This document shows positions 52,201 to 64,000 of a DNA stretch of 64,000 nt, piece by piece (the first letter of the stretch is position 1; the number at the start of each line of letters is the position of its first letter). The DNA comes from Selaginella moellendorffii (Eukaryota > Plantae > Lycopodiophyta). Position numbers and translations under genes: made by a program. The DNA is taken from positions 62,001-126,000 of the forward strand of contig NW_003314321.1 of assembly GCF_000143415.4 (NCBI RefSeq). Direction: 5' to 3'. The notes beneath the pieces are model-generated. The model did no database searches and was not told the origin of the DNA. It was given only the letters and a program-made list of their open reading frames with translations.

Positions 52201-54387
52201 TGAACTTATTGTGGTTGAGTTGGATTCGAGTGGTCATTTATTTTGTGCTTGCCTATGAACTTTTATCTCATACCTGGGGTATCACGTTCATGTTGGACAA
52301 GTATATGACTCGATGGCATGAGTTTAGTGTTTGGGTCTCGTGAAAGCAAGTTGAAGAGTGATTGTTGGTTGCTTTGCAACTAGTGGTTGCTTATAGACTT
52401 TATCAAAGACTATGACACTTGCTTCACTCAATGAAGATTTATTAGTGATGAGTTTACTTTACCAGATAGTGTTGCGAAGGATCATGTCATTAGTCATACA
52501 TGGGTTTTCTATGTTGGCATATTGACTTTACCTTTGTTGATATCATTTAGTTGCGTTTAGTTCGTAGTGTTGGATTTCATTAAGTCTTGAATGTGGTGAT
52601 TCATTCCTTGATGAAGTGTTATCTATAGCTGAGTATTGTTAAAGAACTAGTCTCGGATACTAAGTATAGTATCTTCAACTTTGGTTAACTTAGTTGCTAA
52701 AGAGTTTTGGGTGGTGATTCACTCATGCTTTCTTCTAGCTTTGTTGTGGTGTTGATGGTATTAAAATGATGTCTTGTTGTTGACATTGTTGATGTTGAGA
52801 TTTGAGTGAAATGAGATGTCTCTTCAAAAGATTGATGTTAAGTTTCATTAGTCTTAATGAAAATAGTGTTGATGATTTGGTTATGGCTTAGTGTTATTGG
52901 CATTCGTGCATTTGTTAGCAACTATGTTGACGTTCAAACGAATTGAGTGGCAAGTTTGAGTTAGTTGTGTTTTAGACGAGATTATTTAGTAGGGGGTTGA
53001 GTTTTGAGTTTTTCCTTGAAAAGTGATTTAATCATGGACTATGCTAACTCTATGAGTGGAAGAGTTAGTGATTGATGTTGGAATGTTTGAATCCTTATTA
53101 GATTTGAGTTGGAATATATGAATCATGGATGATTTTTCTTATGTTTGTTATGAAGTGAGTTATGTTTTGCTATAGATGGATTCATGGAGGATCGTTTGGT
53201 GATCACTTGTTGAGCATAGCTTTGTTATGCTTAGCTTTTGGATTGATATAGACATGCTTTTCATTAGGTTTGGCATTATGAAGTTTAGCTTATGGATGTG
53301 TTGAGGAAGATATTGTGGGTTGCACCATGATTTCTTCAATAGCATTGAATTTAGTTCATGCAAGACTTGTGGTCATTATTAAGCAAGATTTGGCTATAGG
53401 CTTCTTCAAGTTTTTGATTCCTTGAGTTTTCATGCTTGTGGACCATTTGCTAAAAGTTGTTGGGGAAGGCATTTTGGCTTTTTCGCTTCGATGTTGAAGT
53501 TGGCTCTTGCATCTAGCAATCCTTGGTGATGATTGACTATTATCTAGGATAATTGATTGTCCTTGTCAAAAGGTTTTGCTTGATTATTGTTAATATAAAA
53601 TGATTCACTGTTTTTTGGGATGGTGAATTTCTTCTTTGATGATGATTATGCATATCTTTTATTGATGGGATGATTAATGATCTTTCATGATAGTTAGTGG
53701 TTCTCCTTGGTGACTTATGGCTCTTCGCAATACCATATGTTCTTTGTGGTTTGCTTTGGATTGGTCTCTTGGGTTTGAGACATCAGTAAGATGTTGTTGA
53801 CACTTACTTAAGCAACTTGAGTTTTTTTGTATTGTTGACCAGGATTTATTCAGATTGGCTAGTGCGATGGTTAGCATGAATGCTATGTAGGGGGTTCCAA
53901 ATGTATAGTAGGGATAGTGGGTAAGTTTTGTTTTGCGTCCGGCCTGGGTCTAAGCCCAAGTTCCATTCCATGCTAGCTGGTGGAGTACCCATGTCCTTGC
54001 ATTAGGCCACCGGTATGCCGAAATAGCACCAGACTCCGTTTGGCTCAGTTTTGCGTGCTAGTCCTAGCATTGGGATGCTAGTTGCTCCAGGACTGTTCTA
54101 AGTCACTCCAGGCTCTTGTCCCTTCACTCCTTGGGCTATATGCTTGGGAGTTGCTCCATGGTCCGGTTTAGTGACTCCTTGGCTCCATGCTTGGGAGTTT
54201 AGCATCGTTTCTTCGTTCAATGGCCCAAGGCCTTGAACCTCGGGTTCCACACCACTATCCTTTGGACATGTGGCATATGACATGTGGCATGTGTCACGTG
54301 GCATAAAGAGGGTTGGGGTTCCACTTCGTGGGTGTTATCCTATGGTAAATCACCATAGGATAAAGGGTCAAAATCACGTGTGCTACA
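49280..54387 (+). mobile_element. LTR retrotransposon relic with paired LTRs (<=49280-49843 and 53886-54387) and heavily decayed internal region
   Basis: ~500-bp direct repeats ending tgtg(t/c)TACA. PBS-like tagtattagag after the 5' LTR, two transitions from tRNA-iMet TGGTATCAGAG. Only faint pol-like remnants. Confidence 0.8.
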
Positions 54388-56769
54388 CTAGGGTTTGGAC
54401 AAACTTTCATGTCTCCTATTGCAAATTGTAATGGTGAAAAACTAGAGGTTCTCAAGCAAAATACACTAATGAAATTTTATAAAGATCCAATGGTTCAAGA
54501 GTTTTGATTGATGACAAAGGTTTAGGGTTTAAAAGGTGGCCTAGGGCTAGATATGAGTTTGGAAGATTGGGGCTTTTGCCTTCAAGGAAGAAGTATAGAT
54601 TTTATATTTTGGAGTTTTGGGTTTGAAGAGCCAAACTTTATCAAAGGAAAGGACACTTTATTATGTATTTTGACAAGAACCCTTATATTACATGTAAAGG
54701 ATATTATTCTTCACTTCTAAATTGGTCCTTTATAACTACATGTAGAACTTCTCCACCTTTAGATTGTTCACACAGGTTCAATTGGCAATGGAACACATTG
54801 ACAATATACTGAAGTTCCAATTTGTATAATATGGTTGTGTTGGCTGATTCCTTTCTTGCCTTGGTCGTGGCTTCACCACGATGAAAGCACTTGGAACACT
54901 ACCAATTGATATTTAAGGTATTAATTGATGTTTGAAGTGCTTTGAAGGGCATAACAAATTACATCAGACTAGTTTGCTATGGAAATCTAGCTTTAGCCCA
55001 GATTTGTAGTTCACCTTTGGTCATGAACTTTAGATAGATAGGGACAAAGGTATATCTATATTGGTATAAGGTTGTGGAATTGGCATAGCAATAATACACT
55101 TGCATGGCTTGATGGGAAGTTGGAAACAATGATCCCAGTTGAAGGGGATTAGCCACAGCAATGAGGAGTGGATTCCATAGCATCAACAATATCACTGTTA
55201 GTGGAGATTGTATGCTCCTCTTGATTTCACAACATCATGGGATTCAGGAGTATACATCTTCAAGGACTCTTTGTAGCCTATGAAATTGTATGTGCTACAC
55301 AGATGGAGAACAAGTGAGTATGGTGTATCTCAATTGATTTCAAGATAACTCAAGTTGTTTATGGAGTTTAAGTTATATGTTCCCTCTCAAGTTCAAGTTC
55401 AGCTCAAGTCCATCATATTGGTACAATGATGGCACACTCACACTAGAGAAATACGAGGCTAGAAATGATGGATAAGATATAAAGCTTACAACCAATAATG
55501 ATTTCGAGGTGCAGATTTGTAGACTATGAATCTGCATGGCACAAAATTAGACTATAGTTTCATAATCCTCCCTCTTATTACCCACTCTCTTTGAATTACT
55601 CTGTACCAATGTTTTAGCATGTCAAAACTAACATCTCTATAGTTTTTTAGAGGATAAATATGACGGGCCCCATTGACAAGGACACATGGATATTGCAGAT
55701 GACATGAATTTTATTTACAACTTCTAATACATGTTTAGTGTAGTGTACATGTGCCTTTCACCTTTGCATGTACAAAAGGTTTTGAGTTTGAACACAAGGT
55801 CATGTTGCACCTCACAGTCATGCTAGAGGTTGGACACATGTCTCATAACACCCTTCCCATGCATTTGTATTTGGAGCATACTGCTAGTACAGTAAAGAGA
55901 GGCATGTCTTGCATGTTATATATAAAAGAGAGTTTTCATAGTTATATGTCATTATATTTATTGTTGCATAAACTTGTAAAATTATTGTATAATAAACCCT
56001 ACAAAAGTGTTAAATCCCACAAAAGTGTTTTAATCATCTTATCTAATATTATATCTTGCCTAGACCACTCCACCTCAACCACTCAATGCTTATCAAAGAG
56101 GCCATATGAGAGTTAGATGGATGTCTTCAACATCCATGGCTTAGAGTTGGGCGAGATTCCTTAAAATATTCCACTGTTGGAATATTCTAGGGGTGTGAAG
56201 TGCAAGGATATATTCCCCTTCTTCCTCATTTTCTAGGCAATGAGTTCACATAAAAGATATATTCAAGCAGAATTTCAAAGTATAATAAAAAAGTGTTCTC
56301 TCCACTGTTGAGAGGCTTCCCTCTTAACATATTCACTCCCTTAATAGTAATATCTAAAATCAAGGGCTTCTTCACACGACCTGCAGCTGCTAGGGTGAAG
56401 CACTATCTCACATATGCAGCTCTACAAGCTAGCTAGAAGAATGCAATTGCAATTTTGGTTCTCCAACCAAGGATGACTTGGGCAAATGCTTTGAGGTGTC
56501 TGCAAAACATTGAGGCTATATGGAGCACGAGAGTGGAAATGTTATAGGCTATATACACTTCAAAAGCTCCAAATGATGCCTAGGTGGCAAAACTATATGC
56601 AAAAGGGAAAAACTCTAGGGTATTTGGGCATGCCAAGCCCAGACTTGCCAAGAATCAATATGCTTGTTGCTTGGAGATGGGCCACTGACTCAAGTTCCAT
56701 TGCTCCAAAACCTAACCTGTTACAGCAAGGCTAATGAGGAGTTTTACAATGCAAAGGCAATTATAGCAC

Positions 56770-56930
56770 TAAATAGGTGGCTCCTAGACTCTAGTTGTAC
56801 TAATCTTTTGGACAATAAGAAGAATATTTTTGAGTGTTATCAACTAAGCATTGGCAAACCTAGTCTTCATTTAAGCGACAATACCTTTATCCCAGTGGAA
56901 GGCATTGGCTCTCACTTGATCGTCACCAAG
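56770..56930 (+). mobile_element. Ty1/copia protease fragment
   Basis: WLLDSSCTN...F..Y...LSDNTFIPVEGIG resembles the copia W.lDSGas.H...laDg....v.G.G motif. Confidence 0.55.
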
Positions 56931-56961
56931 ATATGTGATCAAACTGCAGCGGTTACTGCTG

Positions 56962-57420
56962 TAGCATTCGATGCAAATCAGCATTTGATTAGAGTTGCAT
57001 GCATTGACATTACTACTGAGAAGCTTATCAGCAAGCTCAGCAGAGCTGTTGTTCAAGAAGAAGTGTCTACACGGAGCTTCCATTCTTTAGAGAATGTAAA
57101 GCCTCTCCCTCTCACCCAACCAGAGAACTTGTCGCTGACATTACCAGCAGGTCTCGAATGGAACTATTATCAACTGTGGTTTTTCCCATTTGCCTGCAAA
57201 GAGATTTTTTTGACACTGACCACATATTTCATGTGTGGCGATTATTGGCAGTTGGTGGCATTGCTGGTATTTGCGTGGGAGTGGCAGTTCTTGCTTTTGC
57301 TGTAGTTTTCTTGTAAGTGCTCCTCGCCTACCACGAGTGAAACTCCCATCGGGGCTGAACAAGACTGGTCCGGATCTGCCAAAATCGCCACAGAAAAGAA
57401 AATTGGTCACCAAACATAAC
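56962..57420 (+). pseudogene. 3' fragment of a paralogue of the dCache/VWA gene
   Basis: AFDANQHLIRVACIDI...KPLPLT versus AFDANQQLIGVACIDV...KPLPLA at 59342-59495. A TM-like segment (GGIAGICVGVAVLAFAVVFL*) follows. Confidence 0.75.
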
Positions 57421-57726
57421 TGGTTGAAAGAGAGTCTTGCTTCGTTTGCTTCCTGTACAACAGAAACTTGGCCGAGCCTGCGAGTAAACTTATTAGCAAC
57501 AATGACTTCGTCCCTTTAAAAAGTCAATGGACGTCTGTTGAAGTCAATTGAAGCTCCAACCCGAAGTTGCCTCGTCTCCTATGAGGATGGGTGATCTTGG
57601 CAATACGTAAGTCCACACGGTTTAGGCTAGCTTTGATCTGGTCACATAAAAATCAACAAGATGTTGGTTCGCTTGCTTCCAGGAGCTTGAGAAAATCAAC
57701 GCCACCACTTTTGCAGGTTTGAGCGA

Positions 57727-59896
57727 ATGGAGGACTATCTCTTGCTTAGATCCACCTTTTTATTAGTCTTGTCTTTGCTGCTAGCAAACGCTCAAGATAA
57801 CATCGAAACGGTGCTGGACGAGACCGACTTCCAGGTCCAGGCAATCGCGAATCAAGCAATCTTAAATCGAGCCAGTACTTGTGGTAAGCTCTTGAAGCTC
57901 AGGCTCAAACAACTTTGTAGAGCATTGTCACAGGAAGTCTAGCGGATTGCTCACTCAACACTTGCACAAGGCGCCCTTGCTGGCCGCAATCCAAGGATGA
58001 GATCCAAAAGCTCTCTTGCTTTGGAGTATTCCACAATGGAGACTGCACGTCTCAGGCAAATGGAACTTGCCAGAGCTTAAGCGTTTCAAGTCAAAGAACA
58101 TATCTCAGGTATTTAGTTTGTCAATTTACAGCTTTGACTTGAGATGTTGATATGATCATCCAGAGTCCCACCCGATGCTCCGGAGAAAGATCGAGATTTT
58201 CAGACGGTCTTGTGTGCTCAGAAATCTCTAGATAAGAAGCTACAACAGGCCTGGGATAACACGAGGAAGTTCTCCCTTGGCTGGGCATTCTTTGGAGGGA
58301 TTGAAGGATACTTGTATGTTTACCCAGGCCGGGTAAGTGCACACTAAGCATTTCTTCCCTGCAAGCGAGAGCTTATAAATGTGTTCATATTGACAGGACT
58401 ATGTCGACAGTTGGCAGTGTGATATTTACGATCCAAGGCTCAGGCCATGGTTTCTCAATGCTTTGGCGGTCCAAAAATCGCTCTACATTCTCTTGGAAAC
58501 CTCCACTTCCATGAGCAATCCCACTGGAGTTTTATCCTCCCAAACCCGCTTTAATGTTGCAAATAACATCATTAAAAAGCTGCTAAACACCCTCACGAAT
58601 GGAGATCAAGTGGCTGTGTCAACAATTGGTGGTGAGAAAATCGGAGCTCCAGTTAAGTTTTTCATCAGAGACAAGGATAACTTCTGATCATGAGGTTCTG
58701 AAATCCAGGTTTCCGTAGTTCTTGGCGTCCAGGAAACCTCTTTGGATCTGGCTGGAATCTCATCCCTCAAAGATTCCATAAGCAACACAAGTGTTACAAA
58801 CTCAGCCAGTAACATAAAGAATGGGCTGCAAGCAGCACTTGATTTCTTCAACACCAGCTCCAACTTAAATGTAAGATGCTTTTCGTGTGATAATCACAAG
58901 AAATCACATTGGTTTCTTCAACTTTCCAAATCCCAGGTCATAATCCTCTTCACAGATGGACAGTTTGTCACCCCTGGCAATTTCAACTTCACCCAATTGA
59001 GCCCAGTTTTGGCACAGCTGAACGCAAGAGGTGTTGTAGTGTTTGTCTACAGAATCGGGTCCTTCACAACCAACGATGCCACTTTCCAGCAAATGCAGAG
59101 CAGCCTCAACATGAGCTACGAGGTCATCAACGACGACAAAAACCCGCTGCTCAAGGTCCACAGCTATTTCGACTACATTGCATGGGTTCGCTTTGTTGCT
59201 GTCAACAAGAAACCAGTTTGGGCGAGTTTGTATACCGATTCTGCTGGCCTTGGCAATGTGACAACTTCCATCTTTCCAGGTTTGTATAGTACTATTATTT
59301 ATTACTCTGCTTCTTCTTAGTAATTATTTTAATTTCATGCAGCTTTTGATGCAAATCAACAGTTGATTGGAGTTGCATGTATAGATGTTCTTGCTGATGG
59401 GCTAATCGCGGAGCTTGGCCAGCCTACAGTTGAGAAAGCTATATCTAAACGATACTTTGATCCTTCACAGCAAAAGCCTCTTCCTCTCGCTTTGACAGTT
59501 ACGTACAAATTTTTGGAACTTTTGTTTTGTTTTTCAGTTGAGAGAAATTTGATTTTGCAGCTCGCCAATGCGACTATCAGCTGTGACTTCCATGGCAGCC
59601 TGGCTCCAATCTGTCCAAGAGGCGACTTTTCCACGTCCATGAGGGAGTTTATATGTTGTGGAGCTTGTGCTGTTACAGCCAGTGCTTCTCCTCCTCATCC
59701 CGCAAAGAAGCTAACGAGAAAAGTAAGTGCTGGTATTGCTGTGGGTGGAATGGTCACCACTTGTGCCATCTTCGTTTCTGCCGCGTTTTTGTGTCGCAAG
59801 TGCCACAAAGCTCCAGCAACTGGAAGTGATAATGACCAACCTCAAGAACCGGACTGGGTGGTTCCAATGAGATCTCCTCAAAAAGAAAACTTGTAA
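57727..59896 (+). CDS. alpha2delta/CACHD1-like type I membrane protein: signal peptide, Cys-rich N-terminus, dCache_1 with inserted VWA, single TM, short tail; multi-exon
   Basis: WAFFGGIEGYLYVYPG, YDPRLRPWF, ILLETSTSM, IILFTDG, WASLYTDSAGLG, LIGVACIDV, TM GIAVGGMVTTCAIFVSAAFLCRK. Confidence 0.88.
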
Positions 59897-60119
59897 TCTT
59901 ACTCCTCAGACCCTTCCAAAACTATATAATTGCTTATTGCTATTTTATAATGGGATTTTGATTAATTCTCTTAATCATGTATATAAATTTATATATTAAA
60001 AAGTAATAAAATCAATATACAATCCAAATTACAATCATTCCAGATGTCAATCACTAAAGAAGTATTTTAGTTAATACTTCTAAAATTATCATAATGGAGT
60101 TAAATTTCCCTAGATCCAT

Positions 60120-60121
<2 letters not shown>

Positions 60122-60170
<49 letters not shown>
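60122..60170. repeat. (AT)n microsatellite
   Basis: Read directly. Confidence 0.95.
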
Positions 60171-60174
<4 letters not shown>

Positions 60175-61250
60175 TATACAGACATTACACTATCCTTTCA
60201 TTTAGAGGATGGAAAGTTGATGATGATAAGTTATATAAAACATCTAAAACTTTTACTAGGTGATTATAGACTACTACAAGAATTTGAAGCACCTATAAAA
60301 CCATCAAATATAATTGTTTATAATCATGAATAAAACAAAACTTAAAGCCATGGCACAAATATCAATTGACCAAGGAATCTTAATGAACTAATTATAACTC
60401 CAAGTGCAATTGCTAAATACTCAAATCAACCTCAAAGACTTAATTTTAAACTAAAATAAAGGATTTCAAAAGCCACTACAATTTATAAAGCATTATTTTA
60501 ACAAAGAATATATCACATTTCTAAGTTTGCCCATCAATGATCCTTTGAGATCATTATTAATTTAGACTCGTAACCATTAGCAAAATTTACCTTTACATCT
60601 TTCCTTTAATAAGCTCTATTTCGTTAAAGTGGGAATTGTCATTATCCCACTTGTAAAATAAGGTTTCCAAACCTTTATATAGTATATAAATATAACAAAA
60701 TTCAACTGCATTGAGGCACATGCCATTTTATTTTAAACAAGGAAATGTTTACTCAATCACTTCTCCTCCCCCTGCCACTACTTCACCTCTCTCTTCTCCT
60801 TGTCATTGTCGTCCAATTTCTTTCCATCCTTTTAATATTGGCTTAGTTGCTCCGAGTCTAGGTGGAGCCCAAGTCCCCATTCAATCTTTACTTTCCCCTT
60901 ATTAATAAAACAACTTCGTAGACTTCCAAAAACATGCTGTAACATTTCTAGTATAATGCAAATCCTCTCAAAGAATTGTCTTTTAATATTAATACAATGG
61001 CATGGAACCCCATGCCATAATAAGTTACATTTTTAAATAAATACATGCCATCTCAGACTGTTATTTTTTGCCTCCAACGCCTATACAATAATCTTGGAAT
61101 TTCATCACTCTCCACACTATCAGGATTTAAACCCAATAGTAATGCCATCTCTTCTCTAATACGTCCACGCTCATGTTCAGTGGTCGAAGAACCCATCCGG
61201 TTGAGCAGATTATGGAGATGCGGATAGTGCTTGGTTAGACAATATACATG

Positions 61251-63890
61251 CTATAAATGATGACTGGTGTTTGTCCGATCAAATGGCTTCTGATATACCG
61301 TTCCATCTGCCATTTGGTTGATTTCTGCAGCCACTTCCTGGACTGGCCGGTTCTCTATCACCATCGCTCCAAGCCGTTTTGCAAGGTCCCCCAGAACATA
61401 CGGTTTCTTCTGCCTAGTTTCCATACTACAAGAGATGGGGTGCACTGCATATGTATGCGTGTTCGCTGCAGTTTTAATCGGTGAGTCATCGATGATGAGG
61501 ATTTCACTTGACCTAGCAATCCGGTTCATCACTACAGCCTCTGGCTTGACGAAGATGGGCTTGCTACCCCTCACATGGACCATAGTCAAGCAATCCTCCT
61601 GCGTTAGGAGAAAGTCAAATGGTAATATTACTCGTGTCTGATCGTGCATCATCTGTAGCAACGTTAATGCATTGTGGCGCATCATGGATGTCCAAACTCC
61701 CAATTGCAAATTGAACCCGGCCCTCTGTTTTAAGTGTCGCATGGTCATTATTAGATCCCGCAGTTTCTCCCGTGTGATTAATGTGAATCTGTCTCTTTTG
61801 ACCAACTTGCGACTACAGGCTTTGGAGGGTGCAGTGACATTCGAGGACGAGCCACGCTCATGGGAGAAAAGGACACCGTTTAGATCAAAAACGATATAGT
61901 ACCTTCGCCGTGACTCTGAAATGAAATGCGTCAGCATAAAAAATGGTACAAGTCAATTTTACCATCTACAATATTAGTGAATGGTGCTCTCGATGGTCGT
62001 TGAGAGGGTTCTGGTCGAGGAAACGTGAAGGGCGGAAATACTCTCCTCTGCAATGTGGGTTCAATCGCATCCGATGGCGTATGGGCACATGCCATTTCAG
62101 CTGTAGACTCTGGTACAACTGGCTCAACAGTGGCATGGGGTGGTTCCGATGGCGTGTGATCACACGCCATTTCAGCTGGTGCCTCCGTTGGCAAAGTGGA
62201 CATGACCGAACAGGCAGCAGGGGTGGTGTAGGGAGGTTCCAATGGCGCGTAGTCAGACGATTGGGCACACGTTGAGTCCGTTGGAAATGAGGATACGACT
62301 GGCTCGGCGGCTGGGGCGGCCTCATGCGGGTCCAATGGCACCTGGTCACCGTCAGTTGGATACGTGGACAAGATTGACTTAGTGGTATGGGCAGCATCAA
62401 GTGGAGCGTGGTCAGCTTGCTTGGCGTTGATATGGATAGTAGCCTCCACCAGCTCTGATGACTCTTGCAGGCAAGTAGAGTTCACTGGCGGATCCATATG
62501 CATGTCCAAATATCTCCCTTCGATTGAGATGGTATCCTCCCTACTGGCTACTAAAAACAAACTCATTAGCACATTGAATCGACTATACTGTATTTACCAT
62601 CAACTGCTATTGAGGAACTAGGACCGATATCACTTGGGCGCACTGCTGATTCTGAAGGATTGGACATACGTTTCGACCCTTGCTTGGCACTATCCTTCCT
62701 TGACACTAAAGGCTAGAGTTTGTATCTTAATTCAACTGAATAATCTCTACTTACCATTTGCTCTGCGACCTACATGGACAATGTTAGAAATGGTAAAAGG
62801 TTAGGAATGGATGTACTATTATTTACCTGATGGTTTGTCTTGTATGACCTTCCTCCGCTGCTCTTTGGCCACCTCAGGCTGGCCATCGTCGTCATCATCG
62901 TCGTCGTCGTTATTGTGATCGTCACCATTGTGAGGACCATCCAAGTCCTCTTCGTCCTCCTCTTCTTCGTCCTCCTCTTCTTTGTCCTCCTCTTCGTCCT
63001 TCTGCTCTTCCTGCTCATTATCTTTCTCTGGCTCCTCATCCCCCTCCTGCATTTCTTCCATAGGCTGCTTAGGCTGGATGGCTTGTTTTTCCAGGACCAT
63101 CTTGGGAAAATCATCTGGCCGAGTCTCCATCTCAAAATACAAGACATCCATAGCCTGTTTCAGTGCTTGACCTAGGACCGTATCCTCACCCGACTGTCTT
63201 AACATGGTTTCTGCACGTTCTTGCACCCTTCGAAGACAACGAGATGAGAAAAACGTGGCCCTGACTTGAAAAGCATCCCTCATCCTTTGTACCTCTCCAT
63301 TGAGATTGGGGAAGGGGAGTCCGCCATAGGAATCTGAGTCAGGAGGTGGTGACTGGCTCCTTTCACTCAGCCCTTGATCTGCAATGAATGGTATGAGCAC
63401 ACACGCCATAACCGCGAGGCATTACTTATCATCTTTTCGTTGCCCTTCTTCCTTTTCGAATCAAACGCCTCTGATCCCGACAACTGTTCAACGTGCTTTC
63501 GCTTTTTATGACCACTGTCAGTTTGAGCTTGGCTGGTGCTTGCCTGTTTTGCCTTTGAAGAAGTGTCTCCTGCAAGGAATGGCATGAGACCACACGCCAT
63601 TGCAAATATAATTTGTACCTCCTTTTTTCCTATTGCTTGTCTGTTTGTCCTTCTTCGACGCGCCACCAGTGCGCTTTTCAGTCCTCGTGTCTGAATATTC
63701 ACAACGATCTATAATCAAAATGGCGTGAGGCCTCACATGACCTTACCTTGTGCAGGTTGTGAGCTTGGCCCAACATGGGTATCTTCAACAGTAGCTGTTA
63801 ACGCCGTTTCAGCATCTGGGGGTGGCCACGCTCCTGCATACAGAGCTTGTGAGATAACATTTAAACTTAAAGTGCGTACTCACCAGGTTC
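61251..63890 (-). CDS. Multi-exon gene with acidic and Pro/His-repeat N-terminal region and C-terminal NIF/FCP1-like HAD domain; 5' end not resolved and may lie beyond the window
   Basis: YIVFDLNGVL, GVWTSMMRHN, LTQEDC, KPIFVK, LIIDDSPIK in ORF 61251-61937. Upstream same-strand ORFs are separated by short GT-AG introns. Confidence 0.7.
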
Positions 63891-64000
63891 GCAGAGAAGA
63901 TACTGTTTTTCTTTGGCAATTGTAATTATATGCTCCATTGAAGTCATTTCTTCAATGGAGTTTGTCACCGCAACACACAGGACACCCTTGAGTAGTGCGG

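Noticed and set aside
38498-59896. Hint and VWA genes as one split VWA-Hint/Hedgling-like gene
   Set aside because: They are 18 kb apart on opposite strands, each has its own signal peptide, and the VWA sits in a Cache context.

Overview
Gene-dense plant nuclear DNA with very short (about 45-60 bp) spliceosomal introns and tiny intergenic spaces. This is most consistent with a lycophyte such as Selaginella, which is an inference from gene architecture. Bases 1-6.8 kb hold a decayed chromovirus-type Ty3/gypsy element plus LTR-like repeats. Bases 6.8-9.0 kb are an inverted, pseudogenised duplicate of two nearby loci. Bases 9.5-44 kb are a compact gene block: stand-alone RNase H, PIP-family reductase, RUG3, MPP10, a SET-domain methyltransferase, a UBA2-like RRM protein, two tandem CYPs, a Deltex-type RING-DTC ligase, an MFSD5/MOT2-like transporter, ISA1, plastid PDH E2, a GGCT-like protein, an NHR2-like protein, GH3, a Hint-domain gene, an alpha/beta hydrolase and RGP1. 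Bases 44-57 kb are decayed LTR retroelements with a 100-N gap. Bases 57.7-64 kb hold an alpha2delta-like dCache/VWA membrane protein and a NIF/FCP1-like gene. The main finding is a 5-exon, 265-aa gene at 38498-39496 (-), almost invisible in the ORF track. It encodes a signal peptide, a 27-residue 4-Cys peptide and a complete Hedgehog-type Hint domain with an SRR-like tail, making it a candidate self-cleaving, possibly lipid-modified secreted peptide precursor in a plant. A minimal Deltex RING-DTC gene and a dCache_1 amino-acid-sensor/VWA receptor are also notable. All identifications come from manual splicing and recalled motifs; no database searches were run.
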